Virus record (IMG/VR): IMGVR_UViG_3300022562_002256
Location: 32,001-96,000 of that record
Length of the DNA: 64,000 bases
Origin: a virus
Direction: 5' to 3' (one strand)
Notes under the pieces: model-generated
The model's database searches: none
Told to the model about the DNA's origin: nothing
What the model saw: only the letters and a program-made list of their open reading frames with translations
Shown here: positions 7,952-16,185 of the stretch, piece after piece
Layout: every line of letters begins with the position of its first letter
How positions within the stretch are numbered: position 1 is the first letter of the stretch
Translations under genes and position numbers: made by a program

Positions 7952-8599
7952 ATGCGAGCTTCCACGTGCCTCACCTCCCTTGTCGGCGCTGTCATGGTGA
8001 CTGGCGCTCTTTGCGTCGCTCTTTGCAGCCCGAGCAGACGATACAGCCCTCCGTCGGACGTCGAACCCGTCCGCATGAAGCCGGTGGCAGCGTCCAACGT
8101 GCCAAGAGAAGCCAGCGAGCTGCTCGACATCACGCGGGCGTACTGGCGGTTGGTGCGGGACGCGCAAGGGCACGCCGCCATTCTGGGGGCGTGCAAGCCC
8201 GGCAAGCCTTGTGCGCACGCGCTGACGTATGCTGCCCCAACCCTACCAGCCCCGCGGGCGGTGACACCATGCGGCAAGAAGGCTGAGGACGACTACCGCG
8301 CCTACATTCAGTATGTGTCTGGGGTTGCCGCGAGCTACATGGGCATCGTTCCCCCACGGATCGAACCCGTGCACACCGGGGGCGTCACCCACCTGGAGAC
8401 CGACGCATGCTACAGGAGGCTGTTCGTGTGCCGCTTTCGCCGGAACGTGTGTTGGGCAAACAAAGTGGCTGACGCGTTGGGGTTGGGGGATGAGAACGAG
8501 ACGGGCAACTACGCGCGGCCTCTCCTCGATGCGTCGACATGCGAGGTCTTCGTCGACTCCGACGAGAGGCTAGGCGATCGGCTGTGTCATTCGCCATGA
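7952..8599 (+). CDS. Exported Cys-rich hypothetical protein
   Basis: Hydrophobic N-terminus; TTGACA-16-TACATG promoter-like sequence 7 nt upstream. Confidence 0.6.
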   Translation: MRASTCLTSLVGAVMVTGALCVALCSPSRRYSPPSDVEPVRMKPVAASNVPREASELLDITRAYWRLVRDAQGHAAILGACKPGKPCAHALTYAAPTLPAPRAVTPCGKKAEDDYRAYIQYVSGVAASYMGIVPPRIEPVHTGGVTHLETDACYRRLFVCRFRRNVCWANKVADALGLGDENETGNYARPLLDASTCEVFVDSDERLGDRLCHSP

Positions 8600-9279
8600 C
8601 CCAACGGTCACCGCGGGGGCGTCACAATTGCTGATGTCAGAGGCATCATGAAGCACAGCGCCGAGAGTTTTCACGCCGGCCGACCAAACGCCCCCGCCCC
8701 GACGGCGTAGAGGCAGCCCCCCAAGTCCGCGAGGACATCGAGCTCGGATCGCCCCTCGACTTTGGCCAGCTTGGCGCACCTCCATCGTGTCGGTGCGCGC
8801 CGTGGGCATCGAGGGCTCGTCGCGGGGTGTAGAATGCGCAGCAGCCCAGCATGGGTCGCAACGCGTGGGCATGTCGTCGGAGCCTCCGAGCGACCCGGGC
8901 CGCACGATCGGTCGCCCACATCCGATACAGGCGCCGCGGTCGTGCACCTCCCTCGCACGCCGCGGGCGCTCGAATGTCCACGTCGAGCCACAGCCGGTGC
9001 ACCGCTCCCCTTCCCACGCCGACCCGTCCTCGCTGACCACCTGGGCCAGCTTGCCGGCTCGACACCGGGGGCACGCATGGCGCTCCGGAGCCACCGAGCC
9101 ATCGACCAGCCCGGCGTGACCGGCTGGCAGTGTCGCCTCGTCGAGCGCGGCGAGAAGCACACGCCTCGAGCCGGGGCGGTGAAGCGCCGGTTGGCCGCGG
9201 TGTAGTCCAGGCCCTCCTCGCGCACGTGGTCAAGAAATGCGGTCGCCTCTTGGCCGGGGTCCTGCCGGCGGTCAGTCAT
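8570..9279 (-). pseudogene. Zn-ribbon protein split by an apparent frameshift near 9160
   Basis: MTDRRQDPG..FTAPARG continues in another frame as VLLAALDEA..CPRC..CTGCG..CIGCG..CDPC. Confidence 0.4.
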
Positions 9280-10840
9280 CGAACAATCTCCCTTGCCGCT
9301 TCTCGGTCTCGACGGCCTTGGGCATCTCGTCGCCCGCCATGAACGCGGCCACGGCTTGCGGCGTGCATGCTTGCCACGCGGTGAGTCGAGCGCGGGTGAT
9401 CACGCACGCCTCGACACAGAACCCCGCCCCGACCCACTCCACCCCGCGCATCCACGCGGCAATCGCGAACGCGCCCGACCCAGCGCACAGATCACCAACG
9501 CGCCGCGCCCCCGTGAGCTTGAGCAGGTGCAGGCACAGCCCGAGCGGCTTGACCGTGGGGTGCACGTTGCCCTGTGCTCGCGTCTGGGCTTGCTTTCTAG
9601 TCGCTGACACAATGACGTCCGGGTTCGTGGCATCAGGTGTTACCTCCCATTGCTCCCTGGTCACCTGGTCGAATCCGAACGGATTGTCACGGTTCGCTCT
9701 CCAGTATAGCTCCTCGCAGCCGAAGTGCCGCTCAGATGGGCCGCACTTGCCGACGAATCGGAACGGCGGCGTTTGGCTGAAAAAGCGCGAGGGCCCGCCT
9801 TCGTCGGCGTGGCCGTACCCAACGCTATCGCTCGAGCTTCCACCGTACCCCTGGCTACCGGCGCTGTTGTTCCTCGGTCTATCCGTTGACACGCTGTGCC
9901 CTCCCTGCGCGTCGACCTCCGCCATCGGACAGCACCACCCCCCAGGCTCGCCACATTCGCACCGAGGAGCGGGGCCGCCTGATTCTGCGAGCCACGTCGA
10001 GCCGCACGTCTCGCAGCCTGCGACGCAGCGATAGGCGGGGATGGTCTCGGTTCCGTCGACAGCAAAACCATCCCATTTGTCCGCGCGCACGGTCGAGCCC
10101 ATGGCGATCTTGAATGCGCCCGCCTGTTCTCCGGTATGGTCTCTCGGCTGCGAGCCCCTAACCTTCCGCGCCCCCGTCCGCTCACAACGCTCATCGTGCG
10201 AGAATATCACGTTGCCAGGCCGGCCGCCGTCGGTGTGTCGCGTCGGTTCCTTGTACAGAGCCCCACCCGACGCGAACAGCACGCCCGGGCCGCCTGTGTG
10301 CGACCGCAACTCGCCCCTCGGAACCCGTACGGCGTCCACGTCGAGACGCACCGCGCCCGGACTCTTTGTAGCCACGAGCCAGTGCTCGGCCAGCGGTCGG
10401 AGCGTATGGCGCCCTTTCGGCCAGCCTTGCGCCTGGATGTGCGTGATGACATCTCGGACGAAGAACCCAGCGAGCCGCAGCGCCTCAGCCGTCCAGTCCG
10501 ACGTGCGCGGTATGGCCCACACGATCGCGATGCCCTCGGGCGTCAGGCAGTCGTACGCCGCCGCAAACCGCTCAGCCCAGTACATCACGAACGCGTGGCG
10601 CTCTTGGATGTCACGGAGGTGCGCCTTCGACCGCGCGGGGAAGGGGGGCTCGTAGTGGGTGGCAGGGTTCGACCTGTCCCAACGCCTACTCATGAATGCG
10701 ATCCCGGCCGGGGGGTCGGTCACCACCGCGTCAAGCGGAAGTTCCTCGCCGGCTGCGATCCGCGCGGCCAGAGCGCGATACACATCGAGGCAGTCCCCGT
10801 GATAGAGGCGTACGTTTTGTGCTCCAAACCAGGGGATCAT
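9272..10840 (-). CDS. DNA methyltransferase, beta-class N4-C/N6-A type
   Basis: LYHGDCLDV, VVTDPPAG (motif IV variant), HPTVKP, DLCAGSG (motif I); central Cys-rich insert. Confidence 0.9.
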   Translation of the reverse strand: MIPWFGAQNVRLYHGDCLDVYRALAARIAAGEELPLDAVVTDPPAGIAFMSRRWDRSNPATHYEPPFPARSKAHLRDIQERHAFVMYWAERFAAAYDCLTPEGIAIVWAIPRTSDWTAEALRLAGFFVRDVITHIQAQGWPKGRHTLRPLAEHWLVATKSPGAVRLDVDAVRVPRGELRSHTGGPGVLFASGGALYKEPTRHTDGGRPGNVIFSHDERCERTGARKVRGSQPRDHTGEQAGAFKIAMGSTVRADKWDGFAVDGTETIPAYRCVAGCETCGSTWLAESGGPAPRCECGEPGGWCCPMAEVDAQGGHSVSTDRPRNNSAGSQGYGGSSSDSVGYGHADEGGPSRFFSQTPPFRFVGKCGPSERHFGCEELYWRANRDNPFGFDQVTREQWEVTPDATNPDVIVSATRKQAQTRAQGNVHPTVKPLGLCLHLLKLTGARRVGDLCAGSGAFAIAAWMRGVEWVGAGFCVEACVITRARLTAWQACTPQAVAAFMAGDEMPKAVETEKRQGRLFDD

Positions 10841-11037
10841 TCTCGCACCAACTCCCGCGCTTGCCGGGCGGCCTCGCGAGCGGCGCGGCGGTGGATCTTG
10901 GCGACGTCCGCGACTGGCTGCCACGGCTCGCCGGCCTTGAAGGCCAGCTCGGCCCGAACCTCGGCGCACCCGCGGAGGTATGCCTGCGTCACGGCCTCGC
11001 GCAGCAATCGTCGGAGCCTCCGTTCGATCGCGGTCAT
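10837..11037 (-). CDS. Hypothetical helical protein
   Basis: 66 aa, coupled to the MTase gene. Confidence 0.55.
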   Translation of the reverse strand: MTAIERRLRRLLREAVTQAYLRGCAEVRAELAFKAGEPWQPVADVAKIHRRAAREAARQARELVRE

Positions 11038-11243
11038 CCGCCACACCCGGGACACATCCCCGACCCGTCGCACTGCTCGCAGTCAGGGTTGTCCCCGCCG
11101 CAGGGGCAGCCCCCCTCGTCGTGGCAGACCAGGCAGTCGATCGGCAGCGGGCTGGGTGGGGCGTCCACCGATGGCTTCCCGAGGAAGGCGTCCACTGCCG
11201 CCCGCGTGGCGTTGGGGTCAGGCCATGTGCTCATGTCGGTCAT
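11034..11243 (-). CDS. DnaJ-type Zn-finger small protein
   Basis: CLVCHDEGGCPCGGDNPDCEQCDGSGMCPGCGG. Confidence 0.6.
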   Translation of the reverse strand: MTDMSTWPDPNATRAAVDAFLGKPSVDAPPSPLPIDCLVCHDEGGCPCGGDNPDCEQCDGSGMCPGCGG

Positions 11244-11536
11244 CCTATACGGAGGTGGGGCTCGCGCGCAACGTGCGCACGAACACCCCACCGCGCAACT
11301 GTGCCCCATCCCGTCGCTACGGCGCCGCCAAGCGTGGCTGAGGCACCGGACGGGCTGCCACAGCCAAGCGGGCACCAAACCCGCGCCACAGGCCCACCAC
11401 GGGGCGGTGACGGTCACCGTGTGGCGCCGACGGGCCCGCCGACTCCCCGTCGGCGAATCGTCTTGGTTGCCGACTCCACAAAACTGTGCTAAGCGCGGGG
11501 GCGACACCCGCCGTCACCCAGCCAACCGAGGACCCC

Positions 11537-12991
11537 ATGCCCAGTCCACCCGACCTCGCGCTCGACCCCAACGACGCCAAGCTCGCCGCTGGCACCAAGC
11601 CGGACGGTACGCCGAGTTCGATCGCGCTCGATGCAGACGGCCAACTCCTCGTCGGCGGCAGTGCGCTGCCGGCTGGCGCCGCAACCAGCGCGTTGCAGGG
11701 CGCTGGGCTGCCCTCTGCGTTCACCGATGGCGGTGGCGTCAAGGTCGGCATCGTCGACGCTTTGCCATCAGGAACAAACACCATCGGCGCAGTCACCGGT
11801 GCCGCTGGCACAGCGCTCGCGACCGAGGATGGGGTCCAGTCGCTTCGGAACCCGTATGGCGAGCTGCGACTGGAGACTGACGCTCTCCAGTATGCCAACT
11901 TCGCGGCCGGTCTCGCCGCTGCGAAGGTGACCCCGAATGTGACCGGCTCGGGCGCCGTGGTGTGGGACACCACCTATCGCTGCGCTCGCCTGTCGGTCGG
12001 AACCGCCGTGGGCACGGCTGTAATTTTGGCTAATACGCCGGGAACCTATCGAACGGACGACGTCAGCGGGCTGGAGGTCACCTTTTTCGTAGGTCCCGAG
12101 CAGGACGCCGCTCTTTTCATCGAAATCGGTGTCATCGCCGACCACGGCCTCGCGAGCTTGTTCCGGTTGACAGACGGCCGCGTGTACATCGTGATTGTCC
12201 ATGCGAGTCTCCCTGGAGGCGAGGAGGCATTTGAGATCACCGACGCCGTGGCGGCTGTCGATTTTGCGGTGGGATGGCATACGATCTCGCTGCGGACCGC
12301 TGGGGAAGGCGGCTGGTGGAGCGAGCTCCGGATTGATGGTATTGTGATTTTTGGTGGGTTTGCACCCCCCGGCCCGATTGTGAGTGCGGCGTGGCATGAA
12401 ACTCGTATCGGTGTGCGTGTGCGATCGACGGCGACCACGCCAGCCGGCGGTTCTGTCTACGTGCGAGGATTTTCGTTCACCACGAACAAGGTGCCGCCGA
12501 TTTCGATCGCGACGGTCACGCGCCCATCGGTGTCTGTTGGAACAACCCAGATCGGCTTGTTCGGCGTCGCCCCGGCCACGACCGTGAATGGGGTGTTCTG
12601 TTATCAGCCGGCCTGGCCAATCGAGTTGGCGCTGGTGACCGAAGCGACGTCGGGGATGGCTTTGTATGCCTATGAAGTAGCCCCATCGGCGCCCGATCCG
12701 TTCAACGGGACCGGAGCGTGGACCGCGGTGCCAGGAACCACGCTCGTGGCGAACACGACGCCCAGTGTCCTGCCTGCCGATCTTGTCTTGCCCGGCGCGA
12801 TATTGCGAGGGATAGCTACACTGTCGAACGACTTGGATCTTTCCGCCATCTACGGGCCCGGGCGTCTGGCGCTCTACGTCCCCCCGCTCGTGACGGCCAG
12901 TTCGCGCCTTGTTGTGGTAGCAGCTCGGGCCAGTGGCGCCGCCGCGCAGACGACCGGCGTTATGTCAATCGGAGTGCAGTACACCACGTAG
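11537..12991 (+). CDS. Putative virion structural protein, possibly with a lectin-like domain
   Basis: GAGGA RBS; LPAGAATSALQ and ALPSGTNTIGAV tail-fibre-like segments; beta-rich body with WHTISL motif. Confidence 0.5.
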   Translation: MPSPPDLALDPNDAKLAAGTKPDGTPSSIALDADGQLLVGGSALPAGAATSALQGAGLPSAFTDGGGVKVGIVDALPSGTNTIGAVTGAAGTALATEDGVQSLRNPYGELRLETDALQYANFAAGLAAAKVTPNVTGSGAVVWDTTYRCARLSVGTAVGTAVILANTPGTYRTDDVSGLEVTFFVGPEQDAALFIEIGVIADHGLASLFRLTDGRVYIVIVHASLPGGEEAFEITDAVAAVDFAVGWHTISLRTAGEGGWWSELRIDGIVIFGGFAPPGPIVSAAWHETRIGVRVRSTATTPAGGSVYVRGFSFTTNKVPPISIATVTRPSVSVGTTQIGLFGVAPATTVNGVFCYQPAWPIELALVTEATSGMALYAYEVAPSAPDPFNGTGAWTAVPGTTLVANTTPSVLPADLVLPGAILRGIATLSNDLDLSAIYGPGRLALYVPPLVTASSRLVVVAARASGAAAQTTGVMSIGVQYTT

Positions 12992-13529
12992 ACCAATGGC
13001 ACGCCGCGGGGCATCGCATGGCGCGTGCCACTCCCACCCCCGCGATGCGCCCACGGTGCCCAGCAGCGCGGAGCGTGGCTGACACCGCTTGAAGGGTTGT
13101 CCCCTCCGTCACCACGTCGTCGATGAGGAGCACGTCCTCATGCGCGCCCAACCCATCCGGCTGATACGCCAGTGAGCGCAGGTGCTCGGCGATGGGTAGC
13201 CCGCCCCGCCCCTCTCGGCGACGCAGCCTCGATGACTCGACGTCGTACGCGCGCACCACTGGCTCCGCCACCCGCGAACCGCCACCCAGCCCGACCAGGG
13301 CTTCCGCGAGGGGCCGAAGGGAGGGGCGCGTCCACGAGGAGCGGGGCACCGGCACAACCACGCCACCGAACGAGGGAATGCACGCCGCAAGCGCCCGCGC
13401 CGAGCGGAGGGTGGCGTCGCGCTCCCCCGCTTTCAACGCCTCAATGATGTCCCGTGCGGCGGCGGTGCGCTGGCTCAACCCGCGGTAGCGCCGCGACAGG
13501 TAGGGGAGAGGAGCGACGATGTTGAGCAT
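12960..13529 (-). CDS. ComF-like type I phosphoribosyltransferase
   Basis: VVVPVP and the PRPP-binding loop VLLIDDVVTEGTTL. Confidence 0.85.
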   Translation of the reverse strand: MLNIVAPLPYLSRRYRGLSQRTAAARDIIEALKAGERDATLRSARALAACIPSFGGVVVPVPRSSWTRPSLRPLAEALVGLGGGSRVAEPVVRAYDVESSRLRRREGRGGLPIAEHLRSLAYQPDGLGAHEDVLLIDDVVTEGTTLQAVSATLRAAGHRGRIAGVGVARAMRCPAACHWSTWCTALRLT

Positions 13530-13698
13530 ACGCCAGCAACTTGCACGATCCGCGCCACAACGGCTCAAGTGGTCAAGCCGCAGCGAACCGCTTCCGTCGC
13601 TCGGCGACCATCGCGTCTGCATACTTCGCGGCACTCTCTGCCATCGTCTCAAATGCGAGCGGAACGGGAAACCGCGCGTCGCGGCCACCATCAACCGG

Positions 13699-14361
13699 CT
13701 ACGTCGCGGCAAGCGCATTGAACACCTCTGCCTCGGTCAGAGGCCGCCCTGCGGTGTTGATGCGTCGGAAGACCTCACGCGCAAGCGCCTCGTCGCCGTG
13801 GACGACGAGCACGCCGACCCGTGTCTCGTGGAGTCTCGCCGCCGCTGCGTAAAGACGAGTCCCGCGGTCTCTAGCCAGGCGCCACGCTGTGTCGTCGGCC
13901 GACGACACAGACTCGTACAAGCCAGTTAAGAATTCTTGACATGCAGCGGTTTCAAGGACCGCGCGCACGGGGGCGTACCGCGCGGGGGGGCGTACCGCGC
14001 TCGCCGGCGCATCGTGTTCTGCCACCACGTATCGATCCTCGTCCATGTCGAATCGAACCGGTGACGTGCCATCCCATGCACGTGCGAGAGACGTGACCCG
14101 CTGCTGACCATCGATCAGCCACGCCGTGGGACCGGTCTGCCAGACTACGATCGTGCCCACGGGCACGCCACGGTCCAGCGAGTCCCATAACGCGGCCTCG
14201 TCCGCCGGTTCCCAGCAGAAGGGGCGCTGAAATGCGGGCACGCGCCACCCGCCTGCTGCGGCGTGCTCGGCGACGTGCGCGACCCACAACGCTGCCGGCT
14301 CAACGCCACCCCACAACGAGTGCCGGCGTGTGGGAGGCGGGGTATGTTTGGGCCGACTCAT
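13699..14361 (-). CDS. Stand-alone DUF262 (GmrSD N-terminal / ParB-like) protein
   Basis: VPAFQRPFCW, LIDGQQRVTSL and VFRRINTAGRPL are the DUF262 signature motifs. Confidence 0.85.
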   Translation of the reverse strand: MSRPKHTPPPTRRHSLWGGVEPAALWVAHVAEHAAAGGWRVPAFQRPFCWEPADEAALWDSLDRGVPVGTIVVWQTGPTAWLIDGQQRVTSLARAWDGTSPVRFDMDEDRYVVAEHDAPASAVRPPARYAPVRAVLETAACQEFLTGLYESVSSADDTAWRLARDRGTRLYAAAARLHETRVGVLVVHGDEALAREVFRRINTAGRPLTEAEVFNALAAT

Positions 14362-14636
14362 TGCCCGACCTTGCGCCCCGCCACGTCCACGGCGTCGTCG
14401 ACGTAAACCCCACGTTCCTGGCGCCACGTGCGTCCCCATGTGGGCGGGGGGCCGTGCGCGTTCTCGCGCTCGAGTCGGGCGGGCACACCCTCAAGGCTGC
14501 CGGCCTTGAGGGACACCTGCGTTTGCGCTGGGCAGCGCCGCCCAAAAAGCTCTACCGCGTCGTCCGGTGACGCGGCGAGCAGCGCCCCGATGACCCGACC
14601 GGGGGGGAACACCTTGATAACGAACCACTCGCTCAT
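14358..14636 (-). CDS. Hypothetical protein
   Basis: MSEWFVIKV...; ATG 12 nt after the promoter; stop overlaps the DUF262 start. Confidence 0.6.
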   Translation of the reverse strand: MSEWFVIKVFPPGRVIGALLAASPDDAVELFGRRCPAQTQVSLKAGSLEGVPARLERENAHGPPPTWGRTWRQERGVYVDDAVDVAGRKVGQ

Positions 14637-14648
14637 GGCCGGCCATGT

Positions 14649-14664
14649 TGCACAGGCCGTGCCA
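14649..14664 (-). promoter_or_regulatory. sigma54-type promoter
   Basis: TGGCACGGCCTGTGCA; ATG 12 nt downstream. Confidence 0.7.
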
Positions 14665-14936
14665 ACCGAGATGCCCCTGCCGGCGAGGTGTTCAGTGGTT
14701 TGGTGGTGTTCAGTATTGGCTGTGGCGTTATGCCACGGAGTTGTTCCGGGATCGCGTGCTGACAGCCACTTGAGTGCTGGCTCTGCGATGTGTGGCACTC
14801 CGCCACACCGTGGCAACATGCCACGCCCCGCCGACGCGGCCAAGTGCTCGAAATCATTGACGCGGCGTGGATCGACCCCGATCCGCCACCGTAAGGCAAC
14901 ATACGGCACGCCCCCAACAACGCCACAACCACCAGG

Positions 14937-14952
14937 TGGCACGGCGCGTGCA
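14937..14952 (+). promoter_or_regulatory. sigma54-type promoter facing the non-coding region
   Basis: TGGCACGGCGCGTGCA; predicted +1 sequence GGCGTAACGACGG is identical to that of the 17733-17748 promoter. Confidence 0.7.
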
Positions 14953-14962
14953 TTCACCGTCT

Positions 14963-15660
14963 GGCGTAACGACGGTCGGCACCCGCAGCCCGCGTGTGCT
15001 ACAACCGCCGAGAACGGAGGAGACGGTCGCGGGGTTACGAGGTGGATCGGTCGAACTGGTCTTGTCGAGGTGATACCTCAATTAAGCGCGAAAGCGGCGC
15101 TGACCCCACCGAATCGAGGCACGTACGCACGAAAAATGTGGAGCACGGCGTGACCACACGTGATTGTCGACGTAACCCTGCGGCCAGTCCCCACGTCACG
15201 AATGGAGTTCGGTCAAGCATACCAGGGATAGAGTTCAGCCTGGGACGGTACGCGCCGCACCGTGAGAGTGCCAAGCGCCTCTTAGCCGTCAGTTAAAGCC
15301 CCGTAAAACCCCCCGCAGGGGGGCGGGGTCGGATGACCGGGCAAGTCATCCGACGTAAGCCGGGCACCCGACTCTATCCCTGATATGCTCGACCGAACCC
15401 CCACCTGTCTGCGGCACGCATTATGCATGAGTTCTCGACGTCGGCGTCGGCGACAGCCGACCGACCCGGTAGGCGGTGACCAATCCGCACCGGTCATCCC
15501 ACCCCGGCCTCTCCGGAGGCACCCACGTCCCGCCACCAGGCGGCCCTAACTGAGCCTCCCGCAAGGTCACCTCTCCCCGCCGTGGTGCGGCGAGTGGGCG
15601 ACCACCGGGAGCGACGACGAAGGAGCATGATGTCAGCGCGAAGCGATGTCGCCGCGCTGA
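14963..15660 (+). ncRNA. Candidate large structured RNA (boundaries and strand inferred)
   Basis: No convincing ORF; 15-bp helix 15025-15039/15171-15185; 31-bp helix 15204-15234/15371-15401; many perfect hairpins. Confidence 0.55.
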
Positions 15661-15664
15661 CCTT

Positions 15665-15747
15665 GGAGGGTTGCCCGAGTGGTCAAAGGGAGCAGATTGT
15701 AAATCTGCCGGCGAAAGCCTTCGGTGGTTCGAGTCCACCACCCCCCA
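15665..15747 (+). tRNA. tRNA-Tyr (GTA)
   Basis: Acceptor GGAGGGT/ACCCCCC; GCAGA-TTGTAAA-TCTGC; class II variable arm; GGTGG-TTCGAGT-CCACC; A73; no encoded CCA. Confidence 0.95.
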
Positions 15748-15775
15748 CCCAATTTCAATACCAACGGAGCACCAC

Positions 15776-16000
15776 ATGGCTACATCGATCCGATCCCCCC
15801 TTGCACGCGCGCGTCCCCATGCCGCGCGCCTCGCGGTCGTCGACGAGATGCCCGAGGCTGCCGACCTGCCATACCCTAACGACGGCGACTCGCTGGCCGT
15901 TTGGCGAGGCTTTGTCATCAATGCGGCCAACGCCCCGTCGGCGCCGCCGTCGTGGCACCTGACCGCCCTTGCGGCGCTCGTCGGCGAGGTGTCCGCGTGA
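15776..16000 (+). CDS. Hypothetical protein
   Basis: GGAG RBS; 74 aa. Confidence 0.55.
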   Translation: MATSIRSPLARARPHAARLAVVDEMPEAADLPYPNDGDSLAVWRGFVINAANAPSAPPSWHLTALAALVGEVSA

Positions 16001-16185
16001 AGCGCGTCGAGCAATTGTTGGACGTCATCGGCGATGACCAGCTACCAGCGACGCTGCGGTGGTTAGCCGCGTAGCATGCCCGGCAAGCCATCGCGGCCGA
16101 CGTGGGCCTGGGCGCGCTCGCGGGCCTTATCGCGGATGTCTGCTGACGCTCGCCGCCCTCCAGGCGCCTTGCGGAGTGTCCGCTC

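Noticed and set aside
11806-11821. TGGCACAGCGCTCGCG as a sigma54 site
   Set aside because: It lies inside a CDS, lacks the GTGCA -12 element and has no downstream start.
13969-14000. 15-bp direct repeat GGGGGCGTACCGCGC in DUF262
   Set aside because: Only two copies; a local duplication with the frame preserved.
15353-15362. CCCGGCTTAC on the minus strand resembling the RNase P RNA 3' conserved region
   Set aside because: It is at the wrong end of the fold and no GAGGAAAGUCC partner was found.
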